Part shown: piece by piece, positions 1 to 10,173 of the stretch
How the letters are laid out: every line of letters begins with the position of its first letter
How positions within the stretch are numbered: position 1 is the stretch's first letter
Source of the DNA: Candidatus Omnitrophota bacterium
Lineage (GTDB): Bacteria > Omnitrophota > Gorgyraeia > B26-G9
NCBI GenBank assembly: GCA_018817165.1
Contig: JAHITY010000072.1
Location: 49,164-113,163, forward strand
Length of the DNA stretch: 64,000 bases
Reading direction: 5' to 3'
Program-made: the position numbers and the translations under genes
The notes under the pieces: model-generated
What the model saw: the letters and a program-made list of their open reading frames with translations, nothing else
Told to the model about the DNA's origin: nothing
The model's database searches: none

Positions 1-1
1 C

Positions 2-1147
2 AGAAAAATTATTTTTGAACCGAACTTCTGTGATTTTAAGCGTTATTATGATGCGGCGCGTTTGTTAGGTGTAGGAAATATTTATCAATTAGATATCGGC
101 TATCATCCGCTATTTTTTTTAATTTTCAAATTATTTTCTTTTCTTCCCCAGCGATACGCTGGAATTATTTGGTGTATTGTGATGATTTCGTTAGTTTTTA
201 TCTCTATTAAACTTATGTCATCTTTTATCGATAAACGGTTTACTCCACACTCGTCTTTGCCGACAATCTTTGTGCTGATTTTCATCACTTTTTCATATCA
301 ACCTTTGATGGAGGATTTAGTAGTCGGACAAGTTAATATTATTTTAATGCTGCTATTTAGTTTAATGGCTTTTAGATTTCAGAAAAATAATATTTTATCA
401 GGATTATGCATGTCTATTATGCTTTTATTGAAGCTGCAATATGGACTATTCCTGGTTTTATTTTTACTGCGAAAACGGTATAAGGTTATTGCCAGTACTA
501 TTTTTTTCTATTTGTTGTGGGCAGGTATTTTCTCGGTGTTTATCGGTGGGGAAATAATGGGATTATATTTTAAAAAGCTATTTTTCTTTATTGGGCCTCA
601 GGATCGGTTTGCGCTTCTTGCCGGAGATGAATTTTTCCTGCCGTGCATATTTGGGGTTTTATCTAGAGTTTTTTACAATTCTAATTGGCTATCTATGCGT
701 GTAGTAAAAATTATTTATATAGTACTTTCAACCGGATTGCTGATAAATACATATCGGTATATACAAATAAAAAAGGTTACGGATGAGTTAGAAAATATTT
801 ACGCTTTTATCATGACTGCACTGCTTATGCTTTTCATAACTCCGTTTACGGAATGCCATCATTTAACGATCCTTCTTCCAGCGTTTTTCTTTTTATTTTA
901 TGATACGATAGAAAAAAAAGGAAATAATGATAAGATTTTGTACTTAAGTGCTTTTTTTCTAATTGCTTTAAAATATTCATTGAATCAGTTTCCATCTTTT
1001 CATTCAGGAATATCAAGCTTATTATCAATGGGGAAATTTTACGGTTTAATTATGCTTTATGTTCTAGTATTACGTTTAATGAAAAATAGGCAAGGCATAT
1101 CCGGGGAAAGAATTGAGGACAATAATAAAACTAGGGGAGTATTGTGA
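2..1147 (+). CDS. GT87/DUF2029-like integral membrane glycosyltransferase (GT-C fold), 5'-truncated by the window edge
   Basis: Frame is open from base 2 (..NFCDFKRYYDAARLL..); YHP motif, 'GQVNIIL' motif, many hydrophobic helices. Confidence 0.8.
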   Translation, partial: RKIIFEPNFCDFKRYYDAARLLGVGNIYQLDIGYHPLFFLIFKLFSFLPQRYAGIIWCIVMISLVFISIKLMSSFIDKRFTPHSSLPTIFVLIFITFSYQPLMEDLVVGQVNIILMLLFSLMAFRFQKNNILSGLCMSIMLLLKLQYGLFLVLFLLRKRYKVIASTIFFYLLWAGIFSVFIGGEIMGLYFKKLFFFIGPQDRFALLAGDEFFLPCIFGVLSRVFYNSNWLSMRVVKIIYIVLSTGLLINTYRYIQIKKVTDELENIYAFIMTALLMLFITPFTECHHLTILLPAFFFLFYDTIEKKGNNDKILYLSAFFLIALKYSLNQFPSFHSGISSLLSMGKFYGLIMLYVLVLRLMKNRQGISGERIEDNNKTRGVL

Positions 1148-2247
1148 AAATTAATATTGTGCATATAGTTGAAGATCTAAAAACCGGAGGCTTGGAAAAA
1201 GTCATAGCGAGTATTGTCACAGGGTTGGATCATGAAAAATTTAACCTTAGGGTTTGGTGCTTGGCAAGAGGCGGGGATATTTTTGACGAACTAAAAATAA
1301 AGGGATTGGAAATCGAAAACCTGGAGATGAAATCGCCAAAAAATCCGCTGTTTTTAATTAAGCTTTGGAAAAAATTTAAAATCAATAAGATTGATATAGT
1401 GCATACTCACGGTTATACAGCGACAACAATCGGCAGGCTAACCGCATTTTTTGCCGGGGTTAAAGTAATTATAGCGCATATTCATTCAACTTATTATAAT
1501 TATAATAAAAAGCAGTTGATTATTGAAAAAATATTCAGTTTGTTTACAAATAAAATTATTTGCTGTTCTAAAGCGGTTGCTGGTTTTGTCAGAGAAAATG
1601 AAAAAATTGATTTGCGTAAAATCCAGGTTATTTATAATGGGATAGATTTGCATAAATTTGAAGTTGTGTCTTCAGTAAAAAACCATGAAAATAAAAGATT
1701 TACTATCGGTTGTGTGGCTTCTTTGGTTGAACATAAAGGGCATAAATATTTATTGGAAGCGGCAAAAGAAGTTTTAATCGCGCTGCCGGATAAAGTAAGG
1801 TTTATGCTTGTGGGAGACGGCGTTTTAAGGCAGCAATTAGAAGATCAGGCCAGAAGTCTGGGGATATCAGAGTATGTTTCGTTTATGGGTAATGTTACGA
1901 ATGTCGAGGCTTTAATCAGCACTTTTGATATTGCCGTGTTGGCATCCTGTGAGCGCGAAGGCCTTGGTTTGGCATTGCTTGAGGCTATGGCTGGCGGAAT
2001 ACCAGTGATTGGGACTAATGTCGGCGGTATTCCGGAAATTATTGAAAATAAGAAGAATGGGCTTTTGGTTAAACCCTATGACTCAAAATCAATTGCCCAG
2101 GCAATTATTCTGATGTGTAGTGACTGGCCTCGAACAAAAAATATGGGGGATAAAGCCCGATTAACCGTGGAAAAAAAATTCTCAAAAGAGATTATGCTCA
2201 AAACAATTACAAAATTATATTTGGAATTATATAATGGAAAAAAATAA
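1144..2247 (+). CDS. GT4 family glycosyltransferase
   Basis: GGLEKV N-terminus, HKGHKYLL, EGLGLALLEAMA (EX7E) motif. Confidence 0.93.
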   Translation: MKINIVHIVEDLKTGGLEKVIASIVTGLDHEKFNLRVWCLARGGDIFDELKIKGLEIENLEMKSPKNPLFLIKLWKKFKINKIDIVHTHGYTATTIGRLTAFFAGVKVIIAHIHSTYYNYNKKQLIIEKIFSLFTNKIICCSKAVAGFVRENEKIDLRKIQVIYNGIDLHKFEVVSSVKNHENKRFTIGCVASLVEHKGHKYLLEAAKEVLIALPDKVRFMLVGDGVLRQQLEDQARSLGISEYVSFMGNVTNVEALISTFDIAVLASCEREGLGLALLEAMAGGIPVIGTNVGGIPEIIENKKNGLLVKPYDSKSIAQAIILMCSDWPRTKNMGDKARLTVEKKFSKEIMLKTITKLYLELYNGKK

Positions 2248-3331
2248 AAAAAGACCATATAGAATTTTATTTATCAGTAGTTTTGGTGATTTAAAAGGCG
2301 GTGGGCAGAGAAGTTTACTTTTATTGCTTAAGTATCTGAATAAACAGAAATTCATTCCAATTGTTATTGTTCCGGAAAAGGAAGAAGTTGCAATGGAATT
2401 AGAAAAAATGGGAATTGAAGTGATTATTTTGAGTTTCCCCAGGATACGCTCAATAAACACATTTAAAGTATTAGCGGCTTTCTTCAAACTTAAGTCAATT
2501 GTTAAAGCCAAAGAGATTGATCTGATTCATGCTGATTCTCCCCGGGAAACTGCTTATGCCGGAATTGTCCGATTTTTTCTAAAAGTCAGAGTAATCCTGC
2601 ATTTAAGAGTTAGCGATAAAATAAGCTGGATCGATAAGATTGTATATCAATTAACCGACAGAATGATCGCGGTTTCCAGGTCACTGACTTCTCGGTTTAA
2701 AGGTATTGATAAGAAAAATAAAATTTCAGTTGTTTATAATGCGGTAGATTTAAATGAATTCAAACCTTTAGCTTATAAACAGGATAATGAAAACAAAGCT
2801 TTACGCATCGGGTATTTTGGAAGAATTGTCAAGCGCAAGGGAATTGATGTATTGATCAAGGCATTTAATTATTTAGATGGTGAGATCAGTCTCTTGATTA
2901 TGGGCAGCGGCGAGGATCAATATCTTGAGGAACTTAAAAAAATGGCAGAAACCGATAAGCGGATAGAGTTTAGGCCTTATCAGCAAAATATCCATGATGA
3001 AATTAATTTAGTTGATATAGTTGTGTTACCATCAGTGCAAGGAGAAGGTTTATCGAGAATTATTATTGAGGCAATGGCTATGGGTAAAATAGCAATAGCA
3101 TCAAATCATCCGGAGAATTTAGAAGCATTAGGTTGTGATCTGGAAAGGTTTGTTTTTGAAAATAATGATGAGAAAGACCTGGCGAGAATCATCACCAAGA
3201 TCAGGAATAATAAAGGCCTTCAAGATAGTATTCGTTTAGTCGCTCGCAAAAGAGCAGAGCATTTTTTTGACGCGCGAAAAAACACGGTTTTAATCGAGAA
3301 TATCTATTATTCTATTTTAGGAAAAAAATGA
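2234..3331 (+). CDS. GT4 family glycosyltransferase
   Basis: GGGQRS, GRIVKRKG, EGLSRIIIEAMA motifs. Confidence 0.92.
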   Translation: MEKNKKRPYRILFISSFGDLKGGGQRSLLLLLKYLNKQKFIPIVIVPEKEEVAMELEKMGIEVIILSFPRIRSINTFKVLAAFFKLKSIVKAKEIDLIHADSPRETAYAGIVRFFLKVRVILHLRVSDKISWIDKIVYQLTDRMIAVSRSLTSRFKGIDKKNKISVVYNAVDLNEFKPLAYKQDNENKALRIGYFGRIVKRKGIDVLIKAFNYLDGEISLLIMGSGEDQYLEELKKMAETDKRIEFRPYQQNIHDEINLVDIVVLPSVQGEGLSRIIIEAMAMGKIAIASNHPENLEALGCDLERFVFENNDEKDLARIITKIRNNKGLQDSIRLVARKRAEHFFDARKNTVLIENIYYSILGKK

Positions 3332-4440
3332 AAAAAACAAAAAGCAGAATTAAACAATTAATTCATTTTCTGAATTTAGGCTGGATGGTCGGATTAATTC
3401 GCAAAGCTAAATATGCTTTACTGGATGTGTTCGGGAATATTTTTTTCACGGCGGCAAGATTGTTAAAATTTTTACCCTTTGCAAAGACTTGGGATGAGAA
3501 TGCTGCTAAAAATATTTTAATCGTGCGTAATGATAGAGTCGGGGATCTGGTGCTTTCCACTCCGGCTTTGCGCGCGGTCAGGGAAAAATATTTTGACGCG
3601 AAAATCCACTTATTGGTCAATAATTATGCCAAAGATTTAGTAATTAATAATTTGAATATTGATAAAATTCTCACAGAGGAAAAGGAAGTTTTAAATACAA
3701 AGTATGATTTGGCGATTGCTTTGCATGCTGGGTTTAAGCAGAATCAGATACTTTTTCAAAGCAGAGCAGATTGTCGGATAGGGTTTATTGGCGCGGGAGG
3801 TGGGTTTTTTTTAACGGAAAAGATTAAAGATGATCGCAGCGCAAATCCGATGCATGAGATTGATTTTACTTTGCTGGCTGCGCAAAAGGCCGGAGCAGAT
3901 ATCGCGAATAAAAAGCTGGAAGTTTCGATAACAAATCAGGGAGAAAAATTTGCTGATAAATTTTATTTTGATAATAAACTTACTGGGTTGACAATAGTTA
4001 TCCACCCCGGGGCAAGACAAGAGATCCTCCGCTGGTCAAAACATAGCTTTGCCCAACTGGGTGATTTACTGATTAAGCAGTTTAAAGCGAAAGTTGTTTT
4101 AACCGGCACAGCTAAAGAAAAAGAACTGATCGCTGATATTATTGCTGAAATGAAGAGTAAACCAGCAGTTTGTTTGGATGTTAAATTAACGGAATTGGTT
4201 TCAGTTATGAAAAGAGGATCAATGTATGTGGGCAACATAACCGGGCCAATGCATATTGCCTGCGCGCTGAATATCCCGGTAGTGGCGATTACGGGTTTAT
4301 TTGGTTCGTTGGATGATATTAGATATTGGGGACCGCGCTGTGATAAATTCGAGATTGTGCGCAAGCAAGGCATTGATGCAATAACGGTAGATGATGTTTA
4401 TCAAGCAGTGCTAAGATTAGCAGGTGAAAATGCGGCGTGA
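3328..4440 (+). CDS. GT9 family (heptosyltransferase-like) glycosyltransferase
   Basis: RNDRVGDLVLSTP, IHPGA..W, TGPMHIACAL motifs. Confidence 0.9.
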   Translation: MKKTKSRIKQLIHFLNLGWMVGLIRKAKYALLDVFGNIFFTAARLLKFLPFAKTWDENAAKNILIVRNDRVGDLVLSTPALRAVREKYFDAKIHLLVNNYAKDLVINNLNIDKILTEEKEVLNTKYDLAIALHAGFKQNQILFQSRADCRIGFIGAGGGFFLTEKIKDDRSANPMHEIDFTLLAAQKAGADIANKKLEVSITNQGEKFADKFYFDNKLTGLTIVIHPGARQEILRWSKHSFAQLGDLLIKQFKAKVVLTGTAKEKELIADIIAEMKSKPAVCLDVKLTELVSVMKRGSMYVGNITGPMHIACALNIPVVAITGLFGSLDDIRYWGPRCDKFEIVRKQGIDAITVDDVYQAVLRLAGENAA

Positions 4441-5146
4441 GATAAATGCTGAGGTTTATGACCAGAATGTTTTAGCTGAGGGATTGCAGGTTCAGATAGA
4501 TAATTATTATCAGCCGAAAACTATTGCTCAGAAGAGACGGATTGAGCTTGTAGTGGGTTTGCTGGATCCTCAGCCTGATCAGAAAATTCTGGACATTGGT
4601 TGCGGCGTGGGAACTTTTGCTTATGCCGCGGCTAAACAGCAATCCCAGGCATATGGTTTGGATTATTCTCATGAATCGCTGAAAGTGGCTAAACTATTAG
4701 CAAATAGGTTTAAAACAGGGCAAAACAGTGTTTTTGTAACAGCCAGCGCATTAAGTTTGCCGTACAAAGATAATTGTTTTGATAAAGTGGTGATCGCTGA
4801 TTTTATTGAGCATATAACTGATCCTGAAAAAAAACTTCTTTTGGAAGAGGTTTGGCGGGTTTTAAAGCCAGGAGGGGAAGGGGTGGTTTTCACTCCTAAT
4901 GCAATCAGAGAAAATATCGGAGAGATTTATTGGAAACTAAGACATCTAGTGTCCAAAGAGAAAATTCCTAAAACAGATTTACATTATGGGTTGATAAGCC
5001 GCAGAAAGTTTGAGCGGATATTAAAACAGAATAACTTTAAATTTAGTTTTAAATACGCGGATACAACCAGACCTTATTTGGCAAGGATTCCTTTGTTTAA
5101 TTATTTACTGGCGCTTAATCTTTTATGGAAAATAAAAAAGGTATGA
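4424..5146 (+). CDS. Class I SAM-dependent methyltransferase
   Basis: ILDIGCGVG, LPYKDNCFD, IEH, RVLKPGG. Confidence 0.9.
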   Translation: MKMRREINAEVYDQNVLAEGLQVQIDNYYQPKTIAQKRRIELVVGLLDPQPDQKILDIGCGVGTFAYAAAKQQSQAYGLDYSHESLKVAKLLANRFKTGQNSVFVTASALSLPYKDNCFDKVVIADFIEHITDPEKKLLLEEVWRVLKPGGEGVVFTPNAIRENIGEIYWKLRHLVSKEKIPKTDLHYGLISRRKFERILKQNNFKFSFKYADTTRPYLARIPLFNYLLALNLLWKIKKV

Positions 5147-6207
5147 ATTATCAGAAGATATTAATAATAAATTTAGCGGGAATCGGCGATTTACTTTTGT
5201 CAACTCCAGCTTTAAAAGCATTGCGTAAATCTTTTCCCAAGGCAAAAATTTTGATGCTAACTTCTGCAAAAGTTTATGAGCTTGCCCAAGAGTTTGAATT
5301 TATTGATAAAGTCTTCTGTATAGAACTTAATTACGGAGGAATTATCGGAACGGCTAATTTTTGGAGCCAATCCATTGGTTTAATAAGATTAAGGATGGAA
5401 AGATTTGATATCGCCATTAATATGCGCACTTTGGTCAGTGATAAAAGCGCGCATAAAATGCACGCATTAATAAAATTCATTAAACCGCGTAAATCCGCGG
5501 GCAGAGACACAGAGAAAAGAGGTAGTTTTTTTGATATAAAAATTCCGGAAACTCAAATCGGACAAAAATATGAATCTGATTATGATATTGATTTAGTTGA
5601 GGCTGTGGGTGCAACTGTTATTGATCGGAAAATTGATTTTAAACCCAAAGACAATGATTTAACTGATATTAAACAAAAATTGCTTGCAAAGAATATTAGT
5701 AAAGATTCTATAATAATCGGTATCCACCCGGGAGGAATGCCGACTCGTCGTTGGCCTATTGAAAAATTTTGCCAACTTATGGAAAAAATAAGTAAGGAAA
5801 TTAATTGTTATTTTGTAATTACTGGCGGGAATAATGAATTATCTTTGGAGCAAAGACTTGTGGGGACTTTGCCGAACAGGACGATTTCTTTTATAAATAA
5901 GCTTAATATTAACCAAACAGCGGCTTTGATATCCAGGTGTAATGTTTTTGTTTCCAATGATACCGGGCCAATGCATATTGCCGCTATTTTAAAAACACCG
6001 CTAATCGCTTTATTCGGACCAGGAGATATAAAACGTTTTGATCCGCGCGTGATATTTGAACCGGCAAAAGTGTTTTACAATAAACAAGAATGTGCTCCTT
6101 GTGAGCAGGTTTTTTGTGATAATATGCAGTGCATGCGATCAATAGACCCAGAAACTGTGGCAAAAACAGTGATTAATTTACTGAAAAAGGATAATAATGC
6201 TGAATAA
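5143..6207 (+). CDS. GT9 family (WaaF-like) glycosyltransferase
   Basis: GIGDLLLSTP, HPGG...RRWP, NDTGPMHIAA, C-terminal CxPC..C..C; start taken at the ATGA overlap with the previous stop. Confidence 0.9.
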   Translation: MNYQKILIINLAGIGDLLLSTPALKALRKSFPKAKILMLTSAKVYELAQEFEFIDKVFCIELNYGGIIGTANFWSQSIGLIRLRMERFDIAINMRTLVSDKSAHKMHALIKFIKPRKSAGRDTEKRGSFFDIKIPETQIGQKYESDYDIDLVEAVGATVIDRKIDFKPKDNDLTDIKQKLLAKNISKDSIIIGIHPGGMPTRRWPIEKFCQLMEKISKEINCYFVITGGNNELSLEQRLVGTLPNRTISFINKLNINQTAALISRCNVFVSNDTGPMHIAAILKTPLIALFGPGDIKRFDPRVIFEPAKVFYNKQECAPCEQVFCDNMQCMRSIDPETVAKTVINLLKKDNNAE

Positions 6208-6859
6208 ATTTTATTGCTGGATTCATCGAAAATTATCAAGACCAGATGAACAAGGAGAGTATTCTGCTGGTGTCTGGCAAAATGCGGTAAGAGATGAAGT
6301 AATCGCTTTATCTGCTGACGCGTCAGGAAAAGTCCTGGAAGTCGGTTGCGGAGAGGGTTTGCTGCTATTAAAGCTTGCTAGGTTGGAAGCAAAACTTGAT
6401 ATCTATGGTATAGATATTTGGAATGATATATTGGTAAGGGCGCAGAGCAAACTTGATAAAAATAATATTCATAATGTGAAACTTAGCCAGGCGGACGCGA
6501 CGAAACTTCCGTTTAGTGATAATTTTTTTGATCGGGTTATCTGTATTAATGTTTTTTTTAATTTACCCCAAGAAGAGATGGTTTTACAAACGATAAAAGA
6601 GATTTCAAGGGTTGTAAGAAAAAATGGTAAAATAATCGTGGATATCCGTAATAGTTTGAATCCCTTGCTTTATTTGAAATATAAATTTGCTAAATATTAT
6701 GATTCCACAGTCAAAGATTTACCATTGCGAACCTATAGCTATAAGAAAATAGTAAATTATTTGGAAGAGAATAATTTTAAAGTGATTAAAAAAATAGAAA
6801 TTGGTTTTCCTAAGAATAGTTTAGCGCCAATTTTTGTGATTAAAGCCCAAAGGATATGA
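6197..6859 (+). CDS. Class I SAM-dependent methyltransferase
   Basis: VLEVGCGEG, ADATKLPFSDNFFD. Confidence 0.9.
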   Translation: MLNKFYCWIHRKLSRPDEQGEYSAGVWQNAVRDEVIALSADASGKVLEVGCGEGLLLLKLARLEAKLDIYGIDIWNDILVRAQSKLDKNNIHNVKLSQADATKLPFSDNFFDRVICINVFFNLPQEEMVLQTIKEISRVVRKNGKIIVDIRNSLNPLLYLKYKFAKYYDSTVKDLPLRTYSYKKIVNYLEENNFKVIKKIEIGFPKNSLAPIFVIKAQRI

Positions 6860-8040
6860 TGATGATCAAGAAAATTCCAATCAGCGGGACAAAACTAGGG
6901 ATTATGAGTGTTTGGGCAAGTCTGATAAGCTTGTTTGATGATAAACGTATTGTCTTAAAATTGAAAAAAATAGTGCAAAAATATACTCAATCGGAGCATG
7001 TTTTTTTTCTAAACTCAGGACTCAGCTGTCTGTCGGCAATTTTAGAAGCGCTTAAAAACAAATCTGCAAAAACTGAAGTGATCTTGCCAGCATACACTGC
7101 AGGATCATTGATTGTCGCGATTCAAAAAGCAGACTTAAAACCAGTGCTTTGCGAAGTGTCTCCGGAGGACTTTAATTTTGACAGCAATTTTTTGGACAAA
7201 ATTGTTTGTTCAAACACGCTGTGTATAATCGCAGTGCATATGTTTGGCATTGCCGCTGTTGATATTGAAAAAATTAAAAATAAATACCCGGATATAGTAA
7301 TTGTCGAAGATGCCTGTCAAAGTATGGGGACAGTGATAAATAATAAATCGGTGGGGAATCTGGGGCATTTAAGCTTCTTTAGCTTGAATAAGGGGAAAAA
7401 TCTATCGACTTTTGGCGGAGGGATCATTGCCACTAATGATCTCTCTCTGTCGGAAAAAATAAAAGCACAAGGAACTAAATCAAAAAAACAAAGTCTGCTT
7501 AGGAAAATAGAAATTTTCATCAAGCTGATTGTTTTATCAGTGGTAGTTAATCCGATTGTCTATGGGTTGTTATATCCGATTGTCGAGCGGTTTAAAGAAA
7601 CTGCTCCACCGGAAAATGTGGAGATCAAGGATTATACTGGATTACAGGCGCATCTGGCATGTTCTTTGTTTGAGAAATTAGGGAGAGCATCAGATGAGAG
7701 ATATGCGAATGGGATGAGCTTAATCGCAGGACTCAGCTCTGAAAAACAATTGATCTTGCCGCAAATTGCTGAAAATTCCAAACCAGCGTTTAATCGTTTG
7801 CCGATAGTATTTCGGGATCTTAAGAAAAGACAGCGAGTAGAAGTAAAATTAAAACAGGCGGGAATTGAAACTTCGCGGATGTATCTTAAGCCATTGCATC
7901 ATATGTTTGATTTGGGGTATGCTTGGGGTAATTTCCCAAATGCGGTTTTTTTAGCAGGACATTTATTAACGTTGCCTTGTCACCCATTACTTAAGCAGAG
8001 TGATATTGATAAGATTATAAAAATAATAAAAAGCGCGTAG
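6856..8040 (+). CDS. DegT/DnrJ/EryC1/StrS family PLP-dependent sugar aminotransferase
   Basis: VILPAYT, EDACQSMG, FFSLNKGKNL (Schiff-base Lys), LTLPCHP. Confidence 0.88.
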   Translation: MMMIKKIPISGTKLGIMSVWASLISLFDDKRIVLKLKKIVQKYTQSEHVFFLNSGLSCLSAILEALKNKSAKTEVILPAYTAGSLIVAIQKADLKPVLCEVSPEDFNFDSNFLDKIVCSNTLCIIAVHMFGIAAVDIEKIKNKYPDIVIVEDACQSMGTVINNKSVGNLGHLSFFSLNKGKNLSTFGGGIIATNDLSLSEKIKAQGTKSKKQSLLRKIEIFIKLIVLSVVVNPIVYGLLYPIVERFKETAPPENVEIKDYTGLQAHLACSLFEKLGRASDERYANGMSLIAGLSSEKQLILPQIAENSKPAFNRLPIVFRDLKKRQRVEVKLKQAGIETSRMYLKPLHHMFDLGYAWGNFPNAVFLAGHLLTLPCHPLLKQSDIDKIIKIIKSA

Positions 8041-8144
8041 ACACAAGGAAACAAAAAACAGAAGCAGGTGTGATAAACACTGATAAAAAAAAGTATTGAT
8101 GAACACAGATGGAATTGACCATCGACCATAAGTGTTCTTTGCTC

Positions 8145-8373
8145 ATCCATGGCGGTCTAGAATCAATTATTTATGCTCATTCTCGCTTTACATCCTGTAA
8201 AGCTCCGAGGATAGATCTCTGATTTTGCCAGTCCTATCAAAATCAGGCTCTAAACCCGCCAAAATAATTATTCTAGCCCTCTGCAGTTATTAATTACGAA
8301 TTGTTAGTTTTTACTTTTTACTATTAGCCATCGACAATTAGCAATTAGCCTTATGCTTTTCCCTTGTGACCTT
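8145..8373. repeat. Structured intergenic repeat family A, copy 1 (about 230 bp)
   Basis: Near-identical to 48594-48827; outer stem CTAGAAT(C)AATTATTT/AAATAATTATTCTAG with two internal hairpins whose loops contain TCCT. Confidence 0.9.
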
Positions 8374-8400
8374 GTGTCTTGGTGACTTTGTGACCTTGAA

Positions 8401-9207
8401 TCAATACTGGGTTAGACTGCCGCGGCAGCAGGCAATATAGATTGCTTTTTTAAAAGCTTTTAGGCTGAGAGGGCAAAGGACAATAGAGAATATAAGCAAA
8501 AATAGCAGTTCGTTTTTAAGTTGAAAAATGCTATAACCTTGATAAACCGCTAGTTCTATGGCCCGGATCGCATAAGTTACCGGCAAGCAATGGGCAATAA
8601 TTTGCAAATATCCCGGTAAAACACTGATCGGAAAGTAAACTCCGCCTACCACACCCTCTAAAGTACTGATCAGCCAAGCCGTGGGATTGCCTCTTTTATA
8701 AATTAAAATAAAGCTGGCTGAGAGAATTCCCAAACTGCTAAAAGAAATGATAGTTAAAATTAGTGCGGCAAAAGTTGAGATCAGGTTAATGTTGGAGAAG
8801 TTTATTTTAAATAAAAACAGACCAAAAAGAAAATAAATCAAAACATCTATTGTGGCAAAGATAATGTTCCAAATTGTCATGCTTAATAGTATTATTTCAG
8901 TTTTTGTCGGTGTCAGAAGTAGAGATTCGAGGGTTCCTTGTAATTGTTCAAATCGAATTCGAGATGAAAAGGATCCTATCCCAACTCCAATATAGCTAAA
9001 AAATGCCATGCTTAATAAAACATAGGAAAAATAATTTACCCCAAATTCCTCTAAGTATTTGTTCATATTGTTGCCAAATAATTTATTAATGAAGAAATAT
9101 ATTAATAGCGATGCGCAAACACTGAAGATATTCATAATAAAAGCTAATTTATAGCTAGATTCCATTAAGAAATCTTTTTTAAGCAAAGCAAAAATTTTTC
9201 TAAGCAT
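8401..9207 (-). CDS. ABC-2 type transporter permease
   Basis: Six hydrophobic helices; GTLESLLLTP, GVYFPISVLP. Confidence 0.9.
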   Translation of the reverse strand: MLRKIFALLKKDFLMESSYKLAFIMNIFSVCASLLIYFFINKLFGNNMNKYLEEFGVNYFSYVLLSMAFFSYIGVGIGSFSSRIRFEQLQGTLESLLLTPTKTEIILLSMTIWNIIFATIDVLIYFLFGLFLFKINFSNINLISTFAALILTIISFSSLGILSASFILIYKRGNPTAWLISTLEGVVGGVYFPISVLPGYLQIIAHCLPVTYAIRAIELAVYQGYSIFQLKNELLFLLIFSIVLCPLSLKAFKKAIYIACCRGSLTQY

Positions 9208-9991
9208 TTTTCATCACCGTCTTATAAATATCAGTTAAAGAGGCATCAGCGTTCTTAAGGTTTTGGTGTAAAGTATCGATACTGCCTAAGGCAGCAATTT
9301 TTCCACTTTTGAGAAACATGAATGTATCACAAAGATTTTCTGCTTCTGGAATATTATGACTGGTTAAGATAATGGTTGTCTTGTTTGCGCTAAGATCCTT
9401 AATGAATTTATAGAGACTCATTGATGTGTCAAAATCAAGGCTTTTGGTTAATTCGTCGACTAAAAGTATTTTAGGCCGATGAATAATTGCTCTTAAAAGA
9501 GAAAGCTTTCTTTTCATTCCAGAGGAATATGTGTCAAAGCGTTTGTGAATATAATTTATATCAAATATTGATAAAAGCTCATTAATGCGAAGTTTTGTTT
9601 GCTTGGGCGTTAATCCGTACATAGCGGCAAAAAACTCTAGGTTTTGTATGCCGCTTAAACGCCAATAAAAACTGCGTTCTTCATTGTCGACAAATCCAAA
9701 AAGAGATTTTATCTTATCGGCTGGGGTATTAGCAAGATAGTGGTCGATAACTATAGAGCCTTTATCTGGAATGATTAAAGTACAAAGGCATTTTAGTAGT
9801 GTGGTTTTTCCGGCCCCATTTGGTCCGAGTATTCCCAGTATTTTGCCCGAATCTAATTGGAAATTTATGTCTTCCAATGCGCTAACAGGATTCTTGTTTG
9901 CGAGTCTAAACTTGAGGATATCCTGCAAGGTTAGCACGGGGGAAAATGATTTACTCATATGGGAGACGTGTATAATATTAGCTTGATTCAT
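9200..9991 (-). CDS. ABC transporter ATP-binding protein
   Basis: GPNGAGKTT Walker A, YSSGM signature, ILLVDE Walker B. Confidence 0.95.
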   Translation of the reverse strand: MNQANIIHVSHMSKSFSPVLTLQDILKFRLANKNPVSALEDINFQLDSGKILGILGPNGAGKTTLLKCLCTLIIPDKGSIVIDHYLANTPADKIKSLFGFVDNEERSFYWRLSGIQNLEFFAAMYGLTPKQTKLRINELLSIFDINYIHKRFDTYSSGMKRKLSLLRAIIHRPKILLVDELTKSLDFDTSMSLYKFIKDLSANKTTIILTSHNIPEAENLCDTFMFLKSGKIAALGSIDTLHQNLKNADASLTDIYKTVMKNA

Positions 9992-9997
9992 TTTATT

Positions 9998-10026
9998 AAT
10001 TTATCAGATAGATAAATTTCAGTCAA
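9998..10026 (-). promoter_or_regulatory. Sigma70-type promoter of the ABC operon (probably leaderless)
   Basis: TTGACT-N17-TAAATT with TGn extension, ending 6 nt before the ATG at 9991; no SD. Confidence 0.55.
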
Positions 10027-10076
10027 GATATGTTTTTTCTCTCGGAGATAAACAAGATTTATCCTTTTATTATGAC

Positions 10077-10106
10077 TTGAAAAAAATATGCGATATATGT
10101 TAAAAT
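10077..10106 (+). promoter_or_regulatory. Sigma70-type promoter of the maturase operon
   Basis: TTGAAA-N18-TAAAAT with TGn extension; SD GGAGG upstream of 10174. Confidence 0.5.
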
Positions 10107-10173
10107 AAGTCACACTAAAGGTATAGCTTAAAATTAAGGGAGTTTAAATTAATTTTCTAAGGGAGGGGTTTTT

